Source: Candidatus Omnitrophota bacterium (lineage in GTDB: Bacteria > Omnitrophota > Gorgyraeia > Zapsychrales > JANLHA01). Taken from it: DNA of 32,000 nt. The notes under the pieces are model-generated. The model was not told where the DNA came from. It worked only from the letters and a program-made list of their open reading frames with translations, and did no database searches. Positions 9,293-18,972 of this stretch are shown piece after piece. Made by a program: the position numbers and the translations under genes. The stretch is taken from positions 2,820,001 to 2,852,000 of the forward strand of contig OY759724.1 of NCBI GenBank assembly GCA_963662715.1. Reading direction: 5' to 3'. Numbering within the stretch: the first letter of the stretch is position 1; each line of letters begins with the position of its first letter.

Positions 9293-11125
9293 TCAGGAAG
9301 GGAGCGGGGTGAGAACCCTTTCCGGGCATGTTTCCAGAAAATGTAAAAGTTTTGATTTTAAGGTGAGGATATCTTGTTCAATCGTTTCCGGATGTGTCCA
9401 GAACTGCCGGCAGCGGTCGGATTTTATAAGGCTGAGATAATAGTCGATCCCCTCGCAAAGATTGTTTTTGATCGATTCCAGGTTCAGTTCGCTGGCACTG
9501 ATGTTGAAATGGAGGGACTTCTGAACGGCTTTAATAAAGTACTGCATATAAATATGGACTTCCTGGACAAACATGTGCGGGCGCTGAGTCATGGTTTCAT
9601 AGGAATCCCGTCCGTAGATATGATTCAGCATTTCTTTTAACGTATAGATGCGTGAGAAGTATTTTAAATTCGGGCCCGGGCAGATAGCCGGGTTAAGTTC
9701 CCCGGGAAAAGGGATAGTATGCTTTTTTAAAGCCCCGGCACCCAGATCATGACAAATGCAGCATTTATTGACCAGGGCTGAGTAATGCCGCTGATATTCT
9801 TCGTCAGTGAGGTTCCGGGATTTCAGTTGCTCAATTTTCAGTTTCTGGTATGCCCGGGAAGCTGTACAAATGGGCTTTTCAGTAAATTCTGTGTTGTTGG
9901 CCAGATGACCTTTGGGGCAGGGACTCCCCGGCCGGCCGTCCAATATCCGTTGATTTTTCCGGATTTCGGACTGGCTTGACAAAAGATTGTTAAACGGAAC
10001 ACCCAGAGGAGAAACGTCGCTGAGTTCCAGGTCTTTATCCCGGGCGGTTTTTAATTGCGCCAGGGTGTCGTCATCAACGGATGTTGTTTCCGGGCAGAGA
10101 AGAAACAGCGTTCCCCAGCCTGTCGCATCCAGTCCGTAATAGTTCAAAAGGAACTGATTCTCCTGATGCGTCCCGATGCCTCCCTGGGCGGTGATCTGCA
10201 CAGGAAGGGGATTGGCAAAAGTTACGCGTTGCTTGATTTTCTGGGCCTCGGAATAGATTTTATGAAGGTTCTGTATGAGTTCTTTCTTCTTGTTTTTGAA
10301 TTCTTCCAAAATAGGGCCCAGCATCTGTCCGGAACCCACAAAAGCATGTCCGCCGCAATTTAATCCTGATTCGAACCGGTACTCTGATACCCATAAGCCT
10401 TTTTTGGCCAGAAATTTCCCCTGAATCAAAGAAGATCTGTAGTCGCTGACTTTGAGAATGATTTTTTTCTTGATATATCCTTTTTTGTCTGCGTAAAAAT
10501 CTTTAAATTCACTGATATAATTATACAGCCGTCTGTTGAACCCGGCCGAAAGGACGACAGCCGCGTGAACAGTACTTTGCGCAAACCCACGCAAAGCAGC
10601 CAGAGCGTCGGAATACTCCTGCGGAAGAAGTTCCCCTGTGCCCGGGGCGTAATTCGGCCGGTCCAGTTTTGTCATGATGTTGACGTCAATCCGTCCGATC
10701 TCAAGAGAGTCTCTCAACTGATCCTGCATTTCTTTTTTAAGAGAGGGGTCATGAGTGGAAAGCATTTTCTTGTAGAGAGATTTGACCGGTGATGATTCAG
10801 GAATCATTTCAAAATATTTCGTGATTTCTGTCCCGATTTCAAAAGCGGAATTTTTGAGCTCCTGGAACTGGAATTTGACGATCTTGTCAACGAGGTTTAA
10901 ATATGCGGTTATCCTTTTAGCCCGGTAGTCCGGGTCTTTTTTGGTAATAGCCTCATAGGATTCTCCGAATTTCTGACAATAGTGCTTGCGCATCTCTTCA
11001 ATTAAAGTGTCGTCAACCAAGGAAATGACAGAGGAAATTCCGTATTTAGCTATTTTGATGGGCGTGTCAATCGTGAACCCTGTCCCCATAACAGGGATAA
11101 AGACTTTGTGTGGCTCATAATTCAT
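9293..11125 (-). CDS. hypothetical protein; the N-terminal ~360 aa resemble an NMO/FabK/PfaD-type FMN TIM barrel and the C-terminal ~250 aa are Cys-rich
   Basis: A 610-aa uninterrupted ORF. Motif resemblance: PVMGTGFTIDTPIKIAKYGISSVISL (compare PxxxAPMAGVxxxxLAxAVSxAGGLG), ESGLNCGGHAF (compare EAGGHxG / SGGHTD) and ITAQGGIGT...YGLDATGWGTLFL (compare AAGGIGT...LGADxxxxGTxFL). The C-terminal cysteines are CPKGH, PICT, KCCICHD and ICPGPN. There is no SD, and the gene looks more AT-rich than its neighbours. Confidence 0.8.
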   Translation of the reverse strand: MNYEPHKVFIPVMGTGFTIDTPIKIAKYGISSVISLVDDTLIEEMRKHYCQKFGESYEAITKKDPDYRAKRITAYLNLVDKIVKFQFQELKNSAFEIGTEITKYFEMIPESSPVKSLYKKMLSTHDPSLKKEMQDQLRDSLEIGRIDVNIMTKLDRPNYAPGTGELLPQEYSDALAALRGFAQSTVHAAVVLSAGFNRRLYNYISEFKDFYADKKGYIKKKIILKVSDYRSSLIQGKFLAKKGLWVSEYRFESGLNCGGHAFVGSGQMLGPILEEFKNKKKELIQNLHKIYSEAQKIKQRVTFANPLPVQITAQGGIGTHQENQFLLNYYGLDATGWGTLFLLCPETTSVDDDTLAQLKTARDKDLELSDVSPLGVPFNNLLSSQSEIRKNQRILDGRPGSPCPKGHLANNTEFTEKPICTASRAYQKLKIEQLKSRNLTDEEYQRHYSALVNKCCICHDLGAGALKKHTIPFPGELNPAICPGPNLKYFSRIYTLKEMLNHIYGRDSYETMTQRPHMFVQEVHIYMQYFIKAVQKSLHFNISASELNLESIKNNLCEGIDYYLSLIKSDRCRQFWTHPETIEQDILTLKSKLLHFLETCPERVLTPLPS

Positions 11126-11273
11126 ATCTTCATGATATTAGTACAACTACTATTAGAAAGCAAGAAATATATTAATTATACACGCAGCGTTCCTTGACGC
11201 ATACGAAGTGCGGGTTTTATTTGCTTTCCCTCATGTTTTATATTAGAATACCCCCACGTTAAAGAGAGGCATT

Positions 11274-12374
11274 ATGACACATGATCTTTATGAAAAATTG
11301 ATCCTTTTAGAAGAAACCCAGGAAACGCTTCCGGATACTGTGTGTCTGGACATCCTTGAGTCTCCGCAAGTCAGGCTTTTGCCTTTACTGGATGCGGCTT
11401 TTGTTTTAAGGCAAAAATCCTTCGGCAGGGATGTTCTTCTTCATATCCTGAACAATGTCCAGAACGGACATTGTCCGGAAGACTGCCAGTATTGCGCGCA
11501 GTCCAAAGGTTCTGCGGCGAAAATAGAAGAATATGGTTTTAAAACAGACGAAGAGATCCTGGCCGAAGCTGAAAAGGCTTACCGTTCCGGGGCTTTCCGC
11601 CATTGCATGGTTTTTTCCGGCCGTACACCTTCCTTACAGAGAATCGAGCATCTTGCGGAATTGATTAAACGCATAAAAGCTAAATATCCCATGCAGATCT
11701 GTGTGTCCCCGGGCATCCTGGACCGCCCCAAAGCCAGGATTTTGAAAGAGGCCGGAGTCAACCGCATTAACCATAATTTGAACACGTCAAGACGGTTTTA
11801 TCCTTCCATCTGTACAACACACACTTATGAGGACCGGATAAAAACTTTAGATATCGCGCAAGGAGAAGGGCTCGAGATCTGTTCGGGAATTATTGTCGGA
11901 ATGGGAGAGGAGAGCCGGGATATCATTGAGGTCGCGCGGTATTTACGAAAGATCGGGGCGCAGTCCATTCCGGTCAATTTTTATATTCCTATTGAAGGCA
12001 ATGTCTTGAAAGTCCCCGAGTCTTTAACGCCGGAATATTGTCTGCGGGTCTTGTGCCTGTTCCGTTTCCTGAACCCGTCTACAGACATCCGTATTGCGGC
12101 CGGAAGAGAATTTTACCTGAAGGAAATGGAACCGCTCGCGCTCTATCCGGCTAATTCCCTGTTTTTATCGGGATACCTGAACGTGCGGGGAGCGGAGGCC
12201 GCCCGGACCCTGCGCATGATACAATCTGCCGGATTTTCCATCCGTTCAGATTTCCCTTTGAAAGATTTATTAGATCACAACGCCCCCTTAGATGAATTAT
12301 CTCAAAACACATCGATAGAATTAAAGCAGCTGTCCGAACTGCGGCCGGCCGGAAAAGATACCCCTGACGCATAA
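11274..12374 (+). CDS. bioB: biotin synthase
   Basis: 366 aa with the radical-SAM motif CPEDCQYCAQS. BioB-specific blocks are CMVFSG, QICVSPG, INHNLNTSRRFYPSICTTHTYEDRIKTL, EICSGIIVGMGE and IRIAAGRE (the 2Fe-2S ligand Cys and Arg are retained). An AGAGAGG RBS precedes it. Confidence 0.85.
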   Translation: MTHDLYEKLILLEETQETLPDTVCLDILESPQVRLLPLLDAAFVLRQKSFGRDVLLHILNNVQNGHCPEDCQYCAQSKGSAAKIEEYGFKTDEEILAEAEKAYRSGAFRHCMVFSGRTPSLQRIEHLAELIKRIKAKYPMQICVSPGILDRPKARILKEAGVNRINHNLNTSRRFYPSICTTHTYEDRIKTLDIAQGEGLEICSGIIVGMGEESRDIIEVARYLRKIGAQSIPVNFYIPIEGNVLKVPESLTPEYCLRVLCLFRFLNPSTDIRIAAGREFYLKEMEPLALYPANSLFLSGYLNVRGAEAARTLRMIQSAGFSIRSDFPLKDLLDHNAPLDELSQNTSIELKQLSELRPAGKDTPDA

Positions 12375-12410
12375 AGAGTTAAGACCATATTTTTATTAAT
12401 GGAGGGAGGC

Positions 12411-13352
12411 ATGGAAAAAGTTATTATTATCGGCTCCGGGCCTGCGGCCCATACGGCTGCGATTTATTGTGCGCGGGCGCAATTAAAACCTTTAATGTTT
12501 GAAGGCATGATGGCCGGGGGCGTTGCTGCCGGAGGGCAATTAACGACAACAACCGAAGTGGAAAATTTCCCGGGCTTCCCGGAAGGGATTTCCGGTCCCG
12601 ACTTGATGGACCGCATGCGCAAACAGTCTGTGGCCTGCGGGTGTCAGATCAGGACAGAAACGGTTTCCCGGGTTGATTTTTCAGCCAGACCTTATAAGGT
12701 TTGTGTTGAACAAGAAGAATATCCGGCAGAATCGGTCATTATTGCGACGGGGGCAACAGCCAAACGTCTACATGTCAAGGGTGAGGATGTGTTGTGGCAG
12801 AGAGGGATATCGGCGTGCGCGGTCTGTGACGGGGCTTTACCGATTTTCCGGGGAAAAGAGCTGTTTGTTGTCGGCGGCGGGGACACGGCCGTGGAAGAAG
12901 CAGACCATTTAACCAAATATGCCAGCCGGGTCTTTGTTGTTCACCGCCGCGACCAGTTGCGGGCATCGAAGGCTATGCAGCAGCGTTTGTCTTCCAATAA
13001 AAAGATCGAAGTTATATGGGATTCCGTGCTTGTCGAAGTCCTCGGAGACAAGGTCGTCAGCGGGGTTGTCTTAAAAAACGTCAAGACCGAAGCCTTGACA
13101 ACCCGGGAGGCCGGCGGTTTATTTTATGCGATCGGCCATCTCCCCAACACGTCGTTCCTGGAAGGACAGATCCGTCTGGATGAAACAGGTTATATCATAA
13201 CCCATCCGGGAGCCACGGCAACGAATGTCGATGGGGTTTTCGCCTGCGGGGATGTGCAGGATAAAAGATACCGGCAGGCGATTACGGCCGCGGGCTCAGG
13301 CTGTATGGCCGCTCTTGATTGTGAAAGGTATCTTTCTTCGCGTGAATCTTAA
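12411..13352 (+). CDS. trxB: thioredoxin-disulfide reductase
   Basis: Motifs are [10 protein letters not shown], the redox centre CAVCDG, and [10 protein letters not shown]. The start is moved to the ATG at 12411 because GGAGGGAGG lies directly upstream. The ORF-track start at 12399 sits inside that RBS. Confidence 0.9.
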   Translation: MEKVIIIGSGPAAHTAAIYCARAQLKPLMFEGMMAGGVAAGGQLTTTTEVENFPGFPEGISGPDLMDRMRKQSVACGCQIRTETVSRVDFSARPYKVCVEQEEYPAESVIIATGATAKRLHVKGEDVLWQRGISACAVCDGALPIFRGKELFVVGGGDTAVEEADHLTKYASRVFVVHRRDQLRASKAMQQRLSSNKKIEVIWDSVLVEVLGDKVVSGVVLKNVKTEALTTREAGGLFYAIGHLPNTSFLEGQIRLDETGYIITHPGATATNVDGVFACGDVQDKRYRQAITAAGSGCMAALDCERYLSSRES

Positions 13353-13367
13353 TCCGCGTTTAAAGCC

Positions 13368-14105
13368 ATGATGTCGCCGTCAAAAAGCCAGAACGGGCAC
13401 GATTCCGCCCATCCCCAGGACACCTGGCGGATATTTGAGCGTGTTTATCCCACCTATGACAGCATCAACCGCATATTATCCCTGGGCATGGATTTGAAAT
13501 GGCGCCGGAAACTGGCCCGGCTTGTTGTTCATTCTCAATCTGCGGAGGTGTTGGATCTCGCGACAGGAACCGCCGACGTCCTGTTTCTGATCAACCAGGC
13601 CTGTCCGGGAGAACGGGATCTTTACGGGCTCGACATGTCGCAGGGGATGCTGTCGGTCGCGCAGAGGAAATTAAAACGTCAGCGCCGGCCGGTCCAGATG
13701 TCCTTTGTCCGGTCAGACGCCGTGGCCCTGCCGTTTTTGGAAAATAAATTCGATGCCGTGACCATGGCCTTTGGCATCCGTAATCTCAAGGACCCGCCGG
13801 GGGCGCTGAAAGAGATGTTCAGGGTGCTTAGACCGCAAGGACATATTTATATCCTTGAGTTTTCTCTCCCGGAGAATCGTTTTGTCAGATCCCTGGCTTT
13901 GGTTTATCTGCGGATATGCGTCCCGTTATTCGGAGGGCTTTGCTCCGGCCATTGGAAGGCTTACCAGTATTTGAGCCGCTCTGTAGAAGTCTTCCCTTAC
14001 GGGCAGAATTTCTGCCGTTGGGTGCGTGACGCGGGCTTTTCCAATATACGTGTTTTCCCGGTGCTGTGGGGCATGGCCTCGATATACCAGGCCCGGAAAG
14101 AATGA
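13368..14105 (+). CDS. menG: demethylmenaquinone methyltransferase (UbiE/MenG family)
   Basis: 245 aa with YDSINRILSLGMDLKWRR (UbiE N-terminal signature), SAM motif I VLDLATGTAD, and FGIRN. It is adjacent to the men genes. Confidence 0.85.
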   Translation: MMSPSKSQNGHDSAHPQDTWRIFERVYPTYDSINRILSLGMDLKWRRKLARLVVHSQSAEVLDLATGTADVLFLINQACPGERDLYGLDMSQGMLSVAQRKLKRQRRPVQMSFVRSDAVALPFLENKFDAVTMAFGIRNLKDPPGALKEMFRVLRPQGHIYILEFSLPENRFVRSLALVYLRICVPLFGGLCSGHWKAYQYLSRSVEVFPYGQNFCRWVRDAGFSNIRVFPVLWGMASIYQARKE

Positions 14106-14145
14106 GGTTTAAGACCGGCTGTTTGCCATAAGATCGGAAGAATCC

Positions 14146-15558
14146 ATGAATTCAGGTGCGGAACAAAAATACGCTTACACATGGCCGGAAGCTCTTCATC
14201 ATCTGAAGGACCGGGTCATTCGCGCTTTGAAACAACCGCAGGGGAGAGGGAATCGGGCTTGGAACCGTCTGGAAGTCCAAGTGGACGGCCGGGATATTAT
14301 GGCATGGCTGCAGGGGCAGACACTTAGACCCCGGATGTATTGGCGGCAAAGGGATGGTTTTTATGAATGTGCGGCTTTGGGATGCCTGGCTATGATGACA
14401 GATGAAGGGGCGTGCAGTTTGCCGGATGTCCTGTCCCGGATCCGGTCGCAATTAAAGCACAGCGCCCGGGGAATAAAATTTTGGGGCGGGTGTGCGTTTG
14501 ACCCGCAGAATCTTGATGACGAATGGCGTGGTTTAGGGGCGTTTCGGTTTGTGCTGCCCAGACTGGAATTGTACAGAGAAGGACAATCTTATTTTTTGGC
14601 GTGTCATTTTTCATGCGGGGCCGACCGCGTAGAAGATACGGCGGAGTTTTTCGACCATATTAAAGATCCTTGTCCTGCTTCCGGGCAGGGGCGGCCTTGC
14701 CTGACGGGAAGCAGGACCGAAAAACATGTCCCGGATTTTCTGGGATGGAGAAAGAACGTAAATGATATCCGGATGCTGATCCGGCAGAAGCAGGTGGAAA
14801 AGGTCGTGTTGGCCAGAAAAACATCTTTTACGGCCTTTGACGACAGGGATGTTTTTGACTGGCTTAATGCCGTTGAGGCGAATCATGTTCTTAACCGGCA
14901 TTACCTGTTCGCATTTCAATGGGGCGAGGCAGAGGCCTTTATGGGCGCGTCCCCGGAATGTCTTTTTTCCCGGAACGGACGAAACGTTCACTGCGAAGCA
15001 TTGGCCGGGACATCGCCGAGAGGCGAAACAGGACAGCAGGACCGGGACTTTCATCTGAAACTCCGTCAGTCCTGCAAGGATCTGCAGGAACACCGTTATG
15101 TTGTTGAGATGATCGAGAAAACGTTGGGTCCCTGTTGTCATGTTTTAAATTCCGGCAAACAGCCGGAGGTGTTGTCCTTGAAAACCGGTTTTCACCTGCT
15201 GACACTTTTTGCCGGACAATTAAACGAAGGCATAACGGATCAGGACCTTCTTTCCCGTCTGCATCCCACGCCTGCGGTTGCCGGGACCCCGACTCAAACA
15301 GCGTTGAAGCTGATACGCGAGCTAGAGCCTTTCAGCCGGGGATGGTATGCCGGCCCTTACGGGTATTTGGGGGCGGAGCAGACGGAATTTTGTGTGGCTA
15401 TCAGGGCAGGGTTGTGGACCATGAACCGGTTCTCGCTTTTCGCCGGGGCCGGTATCGTCCGGGACTCGGACCCTGTCTCGGAATGGGAAGAAGTGAATTA
15501 CAAACTTACGAGTTATCTGGAGAGACAGCCGGCGGAAGCAGGGGGGCGGCCGGGATAA
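14146..15558 (+). CDS. menF: isochorismate synthase
   Basis: 470 aa of chorismate-binding family with SPECLF, HPTPAVAG, RGWYAGPYGYLG and GAGIV. It lies immediately upstream of menD. Confidence 0.85.
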   Translation: MNSGAEQKYAYTWPEALHHLKDRVIRALKQPQGRGNRAWNRLEVQVDGRDIMAWLQGQTLRPRMYWRQRDGFYECAALGCLAMMTDEGACSLPDVLSRIRSQLKHSARGIKFWGGCAFDPQNLDDEWRGLGAFRFVLPRLELYREGQSYFLACHFSCGADRVEDTAEFFDHIKDPCPASGQGRPCLTGSRTEKHVPDFLGWRKNVNDIRMLIRQKQVEKVVLARKTSFTAFDDRDVFDWLNAVEANHVLNRHYLFAFQWGEAEAFMGASPECLFSRNGRNVHCEALAGTSPRGETGQQDRDFHLKLRQSCKDLQEHRYVVEMIEKTLGPCCHVLNSGKQPEVLSLKTGFHLLTLFAGQLNEGITDQDLLSRLHPTPAVAGTPTQTALKLIRELEPFSRGWYAGPYGYLGAEQTEFCVAIRAGLWTMNRFSLFAGAGIVRDSDPVSEWEEVNYKLTSYLERQPAEAGGRPG

Positions 15559-15569
15559 TTTGGCGGGGG

Positions 15570-17381
15570 ATGAAGGTATTTTATTCAGAGACAGCAACGG
15601 ATAGGTTTATGAAAATGAAACGTTCAGAGAATTTCAACATGTTTTGGGCGGAATTGATCATCGAAGAATTGTGCCGGTGGGGCGTGGAATATTTTTGTCT
15701 GGCTCCCGGGGCCCGTTCAGCGCCCCTTGCCCTTACGCTTGCCGGACAGCCCCGGGCAAAGAAGATCATCCATTTTGACGAGCGCGGTTTGGGGTATTAT
15801 GCTTTGGGGTGTGCCGCCGCTTCAAAAACACCGGTGGCCGTTATAACCACGTCGGGAACCGCTGCCGCCAATTTGCTGCCGGCCGTGGTTGAAGCATCCA
15901 AGAAGAAACTGCCGCTTATCATTTTAACGGCTGACCGTCCGGTCGAACGGCAGAAGACGGGTGCGCATCAGACGATTCAGCAGCAGAATATCTTCGGCGA
16001 ACACTGCCGTTTTTTCTTCGATTTCCCGGCCCCGGGCCAGGATGTCCCGGCGGAATTTGTTTTAACGACTGTCGATCAGGCCGTGTATATGAGCCGGCAG
16101 TCCAGACCGGGGCCCGTGCATTTAAATTGCCCCTACCGGGAGCCGCTGGTAGAAAAATCCTCTTCAGCGATAAGCCCGTCTTACCGGAACACCGTGCGGA
16201 CCTGGCGTAAGTCCGGTCGGCCTTTCTCCGTATACGAGCGTTATATAAAACAATTGCCTGAAAAAACTTTTGCGGCGGCGGCCGAAAAAATTAATCGTAT
16301 TAAAAGAGGCGTTATTTTATGCGGGAAACTGAATTCGGATACTGAAAGGGATGCCGTCAAAAAACTGGCCGGCAGGCTCAAGTGGCCTGTCTTCCCGGAC
16401 ATTGTCTCCGGACTGAGAACGGGCGATCAGGACATTACCCTTATCCCTTATTATGATTTGATGATGCTGAGCCCCCGTTCGTCCCTTTTTCAGCAGGGGT
16501 TGCTGAGCTGCGACGGTATTCTTCATCTCGGGGGCCGCCTGACATCCAAGCGGTGTTCAGAATGGGTGAAAGGCCTGAAGCCGGACCATTATATTATGGT
16601 TTTGAATCATCCGTTACGTCATGACCCTTTTCATAACGTAACACTGCGCTTGGAAACATCTGCCGAACATTTCTGCCGGGGCGTTCTTCCCTTGATTAAA
16701 GAAAGAAAGAGTTCCTCCTGGTGGGGGCTTTGCAACAAGTACAAGGATCTTGTGCATAAAAAACTTGATGCTTATTTGAAAGAAAGCCGCGAGATAACAG
16801 AACCTGCTTTAGCGCGGACATTGTCGGGGCTTCTTCCGTCCGGGTCCGGGTTATTTCTGGCTAACAGCATGCCGCTGCGGATCATGGACATGTACGCGGA
16901 TGACTCCGGCGCGAAGGTGATCGTGGGGGCCAACCGGGGAGCCAGCGGCATCGACGGGACCCTGGCCTCGGCCGCGGGATTCGCGGAAGGGCTCCGGAAA
17001 CCGGTCACGCTTCTTATCGGTGATCAGGCGTTCCTGCATGATTTGAATTCCCTGCCCCTGCTGGCTCAATCGACACAGCCCGTGATTTGTGTTATATTAA
17101 ATAACTTCGGAGGCGGAATTTTTTCGTTCCTGCCGTTATCCCAGTATAAAGAGCATGTTGAAAAATATTTTGCCGCTTCCCATCAATGGACGTTCAATCA
17201 TGCGGCGGAAATGTTCGGGTGCGATTATGCCCAGCCCCGGACCATGGCCCAGTTTACGGACGCCTACCAGAACGCCTTAAAACGCAATCGCTCGGCATGC
17301 ATCGAGATGCGGTATGCCCGGGCCTGGAATCATACAGATCATCAGGCCCTGCAAAATGCCTTAAGGAAGGTGTTAACCTGA
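15570..17381 (+). CDS. menD: 2-succinyl-5-enolpyruvyl-6-hydroxy-3-cyclohexene-1-carboxylate (SEPHCHC) synthase
   Basis: A ThDP enzyme with the MenD-type N-terminus FWAELIIEELCRWGVEYFCLAPGARSAPL, plus TTSGTAAANLLPAVVEA, and GASGIDG / GDQAFLHDLNSL. The start is set to the first ATG after the menF stop; 15609 and 15615 are alternatives. The 748-aa ORF-track call is an upstream extension overlapping menF. Confidence 0.9.
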   Translation: MKVFYSETATDRFMKMKRSENFNMFWAELIIEELCRWGVEYFCLAPGARSAPLALTLAGQPRAKKIIHFDERGLGYYALGCAAASKTPVAVITTSGTAAANLLPAVVEASKKKLPLIILTADRPVERQKTGAHQTIQQQNIFGEHCRFFFDFPAPGQDVPAEFVLTTVDQAVYMSRQSRPGPVHLNCPYREPLVEKSSSAISPSYRNTVRTWRKSGRPFSVYERYIKQLPEKTFAAAAEKINRIKRGVILCGKLNSDTERDAVKKLAGRLKWPVFPDIVSGLRTGDQDITLIPYYDLMMLSPRSSLFQQGLLSCDGILHLGGRLTSKRCSEWVKGLKPDHYIMVLNHPLRHDPFHNVTLRLETSAEHFCRGVLPLIKERKSSSWWGLCNKYKDLVHKKLDAYLKESREITEPALARTLSGLLPSGSGLFLANSMPLRIMDMYADDSGAKVIVGANRGASGIDGTLASAAGFAEGLRKPVTLLIGDQAFLHDLNSLPLLAQSTQPVICVILNNFGGGIFSFLPLSQYKEHVEKYFAASHQWTFNHAAEMFGCDYAQPRTMAQFTDAYQNALKRNRSACIEMRYARAWNHTDHQALQNALRKVLT

Positions 17382-17382
17382 C

Positions 17383-18972
17383 ATGAAAGAAAAACTGCCA
17401 GAAGCCATTAACGTCAGCGAATTCGAACCGTTTTTCGAACGCATTGAAGATTCCGACGGGCATTTCTTTGTCACCGGGAAAGCCGGGACAGGGAAATCGA
17501 CGTTCCTGATATATTATCGCCAGCGGACCGGGAAAAATCTGGTCGTTTTAGCCCCGACGGGAGTGGCCGCCCTTAATATAAAAGGACAGACGATACATTC
17601 TTTTTTCAACTTCCGGCCCGATATCACTGTCGACACCGTCCGTGCCGTGCGTTTTCATCCCAAGATGAAAAAAGTTTACCGTAACCTGGATGCGATCATT
17701 ATTGATGAAATTTCTATGGTCCGGGCTGATCTCCTGGACTGCATTGACGCTTTTCTCCGCCTTTACGGCCCGCGGAATGACCGGCCTTTCGGCGGGATCC
17801 AGATGATTTTTATCGGCGACCTTTATCAGCTGGCCCCGGTGGTGAGGCAGAACGAACAGTCTTTGTTTAGTTCCATCTACACGAGTCCGTATTTTTTTTC
17901 CGCTCATGTTTTTCAGAAAGTGCGTATGGAGTACCTGGAACTTTCCCGGATGTACCGGCAGAATGACGGCCGCTTTATTGATCTCTTAAACCGTATCCGG
18001 ACGAATTCCGTCGAACAGCAGGACATTGATGCCTTTAATGAGCGGTACCAGCCTGATTTTGAGCCTGATCCGGAAAAATTTTTCATTTATCTGACGACCA
18101 CCAACAGCCTGGCCGACCGGATCAACGCGATGAGATTGGGGGATATCGACAGCGAATCTTTTTCGGTTGAAGGGGTTTTGAGCGGTGATTTTGACAATAA
18201 ATTTTTGCCGACCCATCTTAACCTGGAGCTGAAGATCGGGGCCCAGGTGATGCTGCTGAATAATGACTTTGAACGCCGCTGGGTGAACGGCAGTATCGGC
18301 AAGATTCTTGATATTTTCTTCGAGGGGGAGGTGCCGGTCTGTATCCTGATCGAATTGTCCGACGGGACCAGGGTCGAGGTGGCCCCCTTCACCTGGGAAC
18401 TTTTTCATTTTTATTTTAATGAGGAAACCGAAACCATCGAAGCCGAAACGATCGGCTCGTTCCAGCAGTTCCCGGTTAAGCTGGCGTGGGCCGTCACCAT
18501 TCATAAGGCCCAGGGGAAAACTTTTGACCACATGCTCATTGATATCGGACGGGGGACGTTTTGTCACGGACAACTGTATGTCGCTCTCAGCCGGTGTACG
18601 AGTTTGGAAGGGATTATCCTGAAACGCCCGATTTCCCAGAAAGATATTCTTATGGACCCGCTTATCGCAGAATTTTTGACGCTTTTTCAGTATCGTCAGG
18701 CGGAATCCAGTCTCCCCATCGAACAGCGCCGGTCTATCCTGGAAAAAGCGATTCAGCATAATCAAACACTTGAAATCACTTATCTGAAGGAAAATAACAC
18801 TAAGACCTTGCGCCGGATCGTTCCCCGGGTGTTCAGGAATATCGAATACAACGGACAGCCGTGTCTGGGGGTTGAAGCCTTTTGTCTGGAACGGAACGCG
18901 AACTGGATTTTTCGTGTGCCCTGTATTGTGAATATCAGAACGGCCAAGAATCTAAAAAAGGGGGAAGAGTGA
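17383..18972 (+). CDS. Pif1-family (SF1B, RecD-like) DNA helicase with a C-terminal WYL-like domain
   Basis: 529 aa. Motifs are Walker [20 protein letters not shown], Walker [10 protein letters not shown], the Pif1 signature region [46 protein letters not shown] and [10 protein letters not shown]. The C-terminal ~60 aa ([22 protein letters not shown]...[21 protein letters not shown]) follow the WYL-domain pattern. The start lies 1 nt after the menD stop, and the stop overlaps the menB start. Confidence 0.85.
   Translation: MKEKLPEAINVSEFEPFFERIEDSDGHFFVTGKAGTGKSTFLIYYRQRTGKNLVVLAPTGVAALNIKGQTIHSFFNFRPDITVDTVRAVRFHPKMKKVYRNLDAIIIDEISMVRADLLDCIDAFLRLYGPRNDRPFGGIQMIFIGDLYQLAPVVRQNEQSLFSSIYTSPYFFSAHVFQKVRMEYLELSRMYRQNDGRFIDLLNRIRTNSVEQQDIDAFNERYQPDFEPDPEKFFIYLTTTNSLADRINAMRLGDIDSESFSVEGVLSGDFDNKFLPTHLNLELKIGAQVMLLNNDFERRWVNGSIGKILDIFFEGEVPVCILIELSDGTRVEVAPFTWELFHFYFNEETETIEAETIGSFQQFPVKLAWAVTIHKAQGKTFDHMLIDIGRGTFCHGQLYVALSRCTSLEGIILKRPISQKDILMDPLIAEFLTLFQYRQAESSLPIEQRRSILEKAIQHNQTLEITYLKENNTKTLRRIVPRVFRNIEYNGQPCLGVEAFCLERNANWIFRVPCIVNIRTAKNLKKGEE

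Noticed and set aside
15135-15569. N-terminal extensions in the ORF track: menD (748 aa from 15135), SDR (from 3660), menB (from 18882), menC (from 20627), trxB (from 12399) and dusB (TTG at 30431).
   Set aside because: The extensions overlap the upstream gene in another frame and add non-homologous sequence. They are superseded by downstream ATGs that sit at stop-start overlaps or behind SD sequences and that restore the canonical family N-termini.
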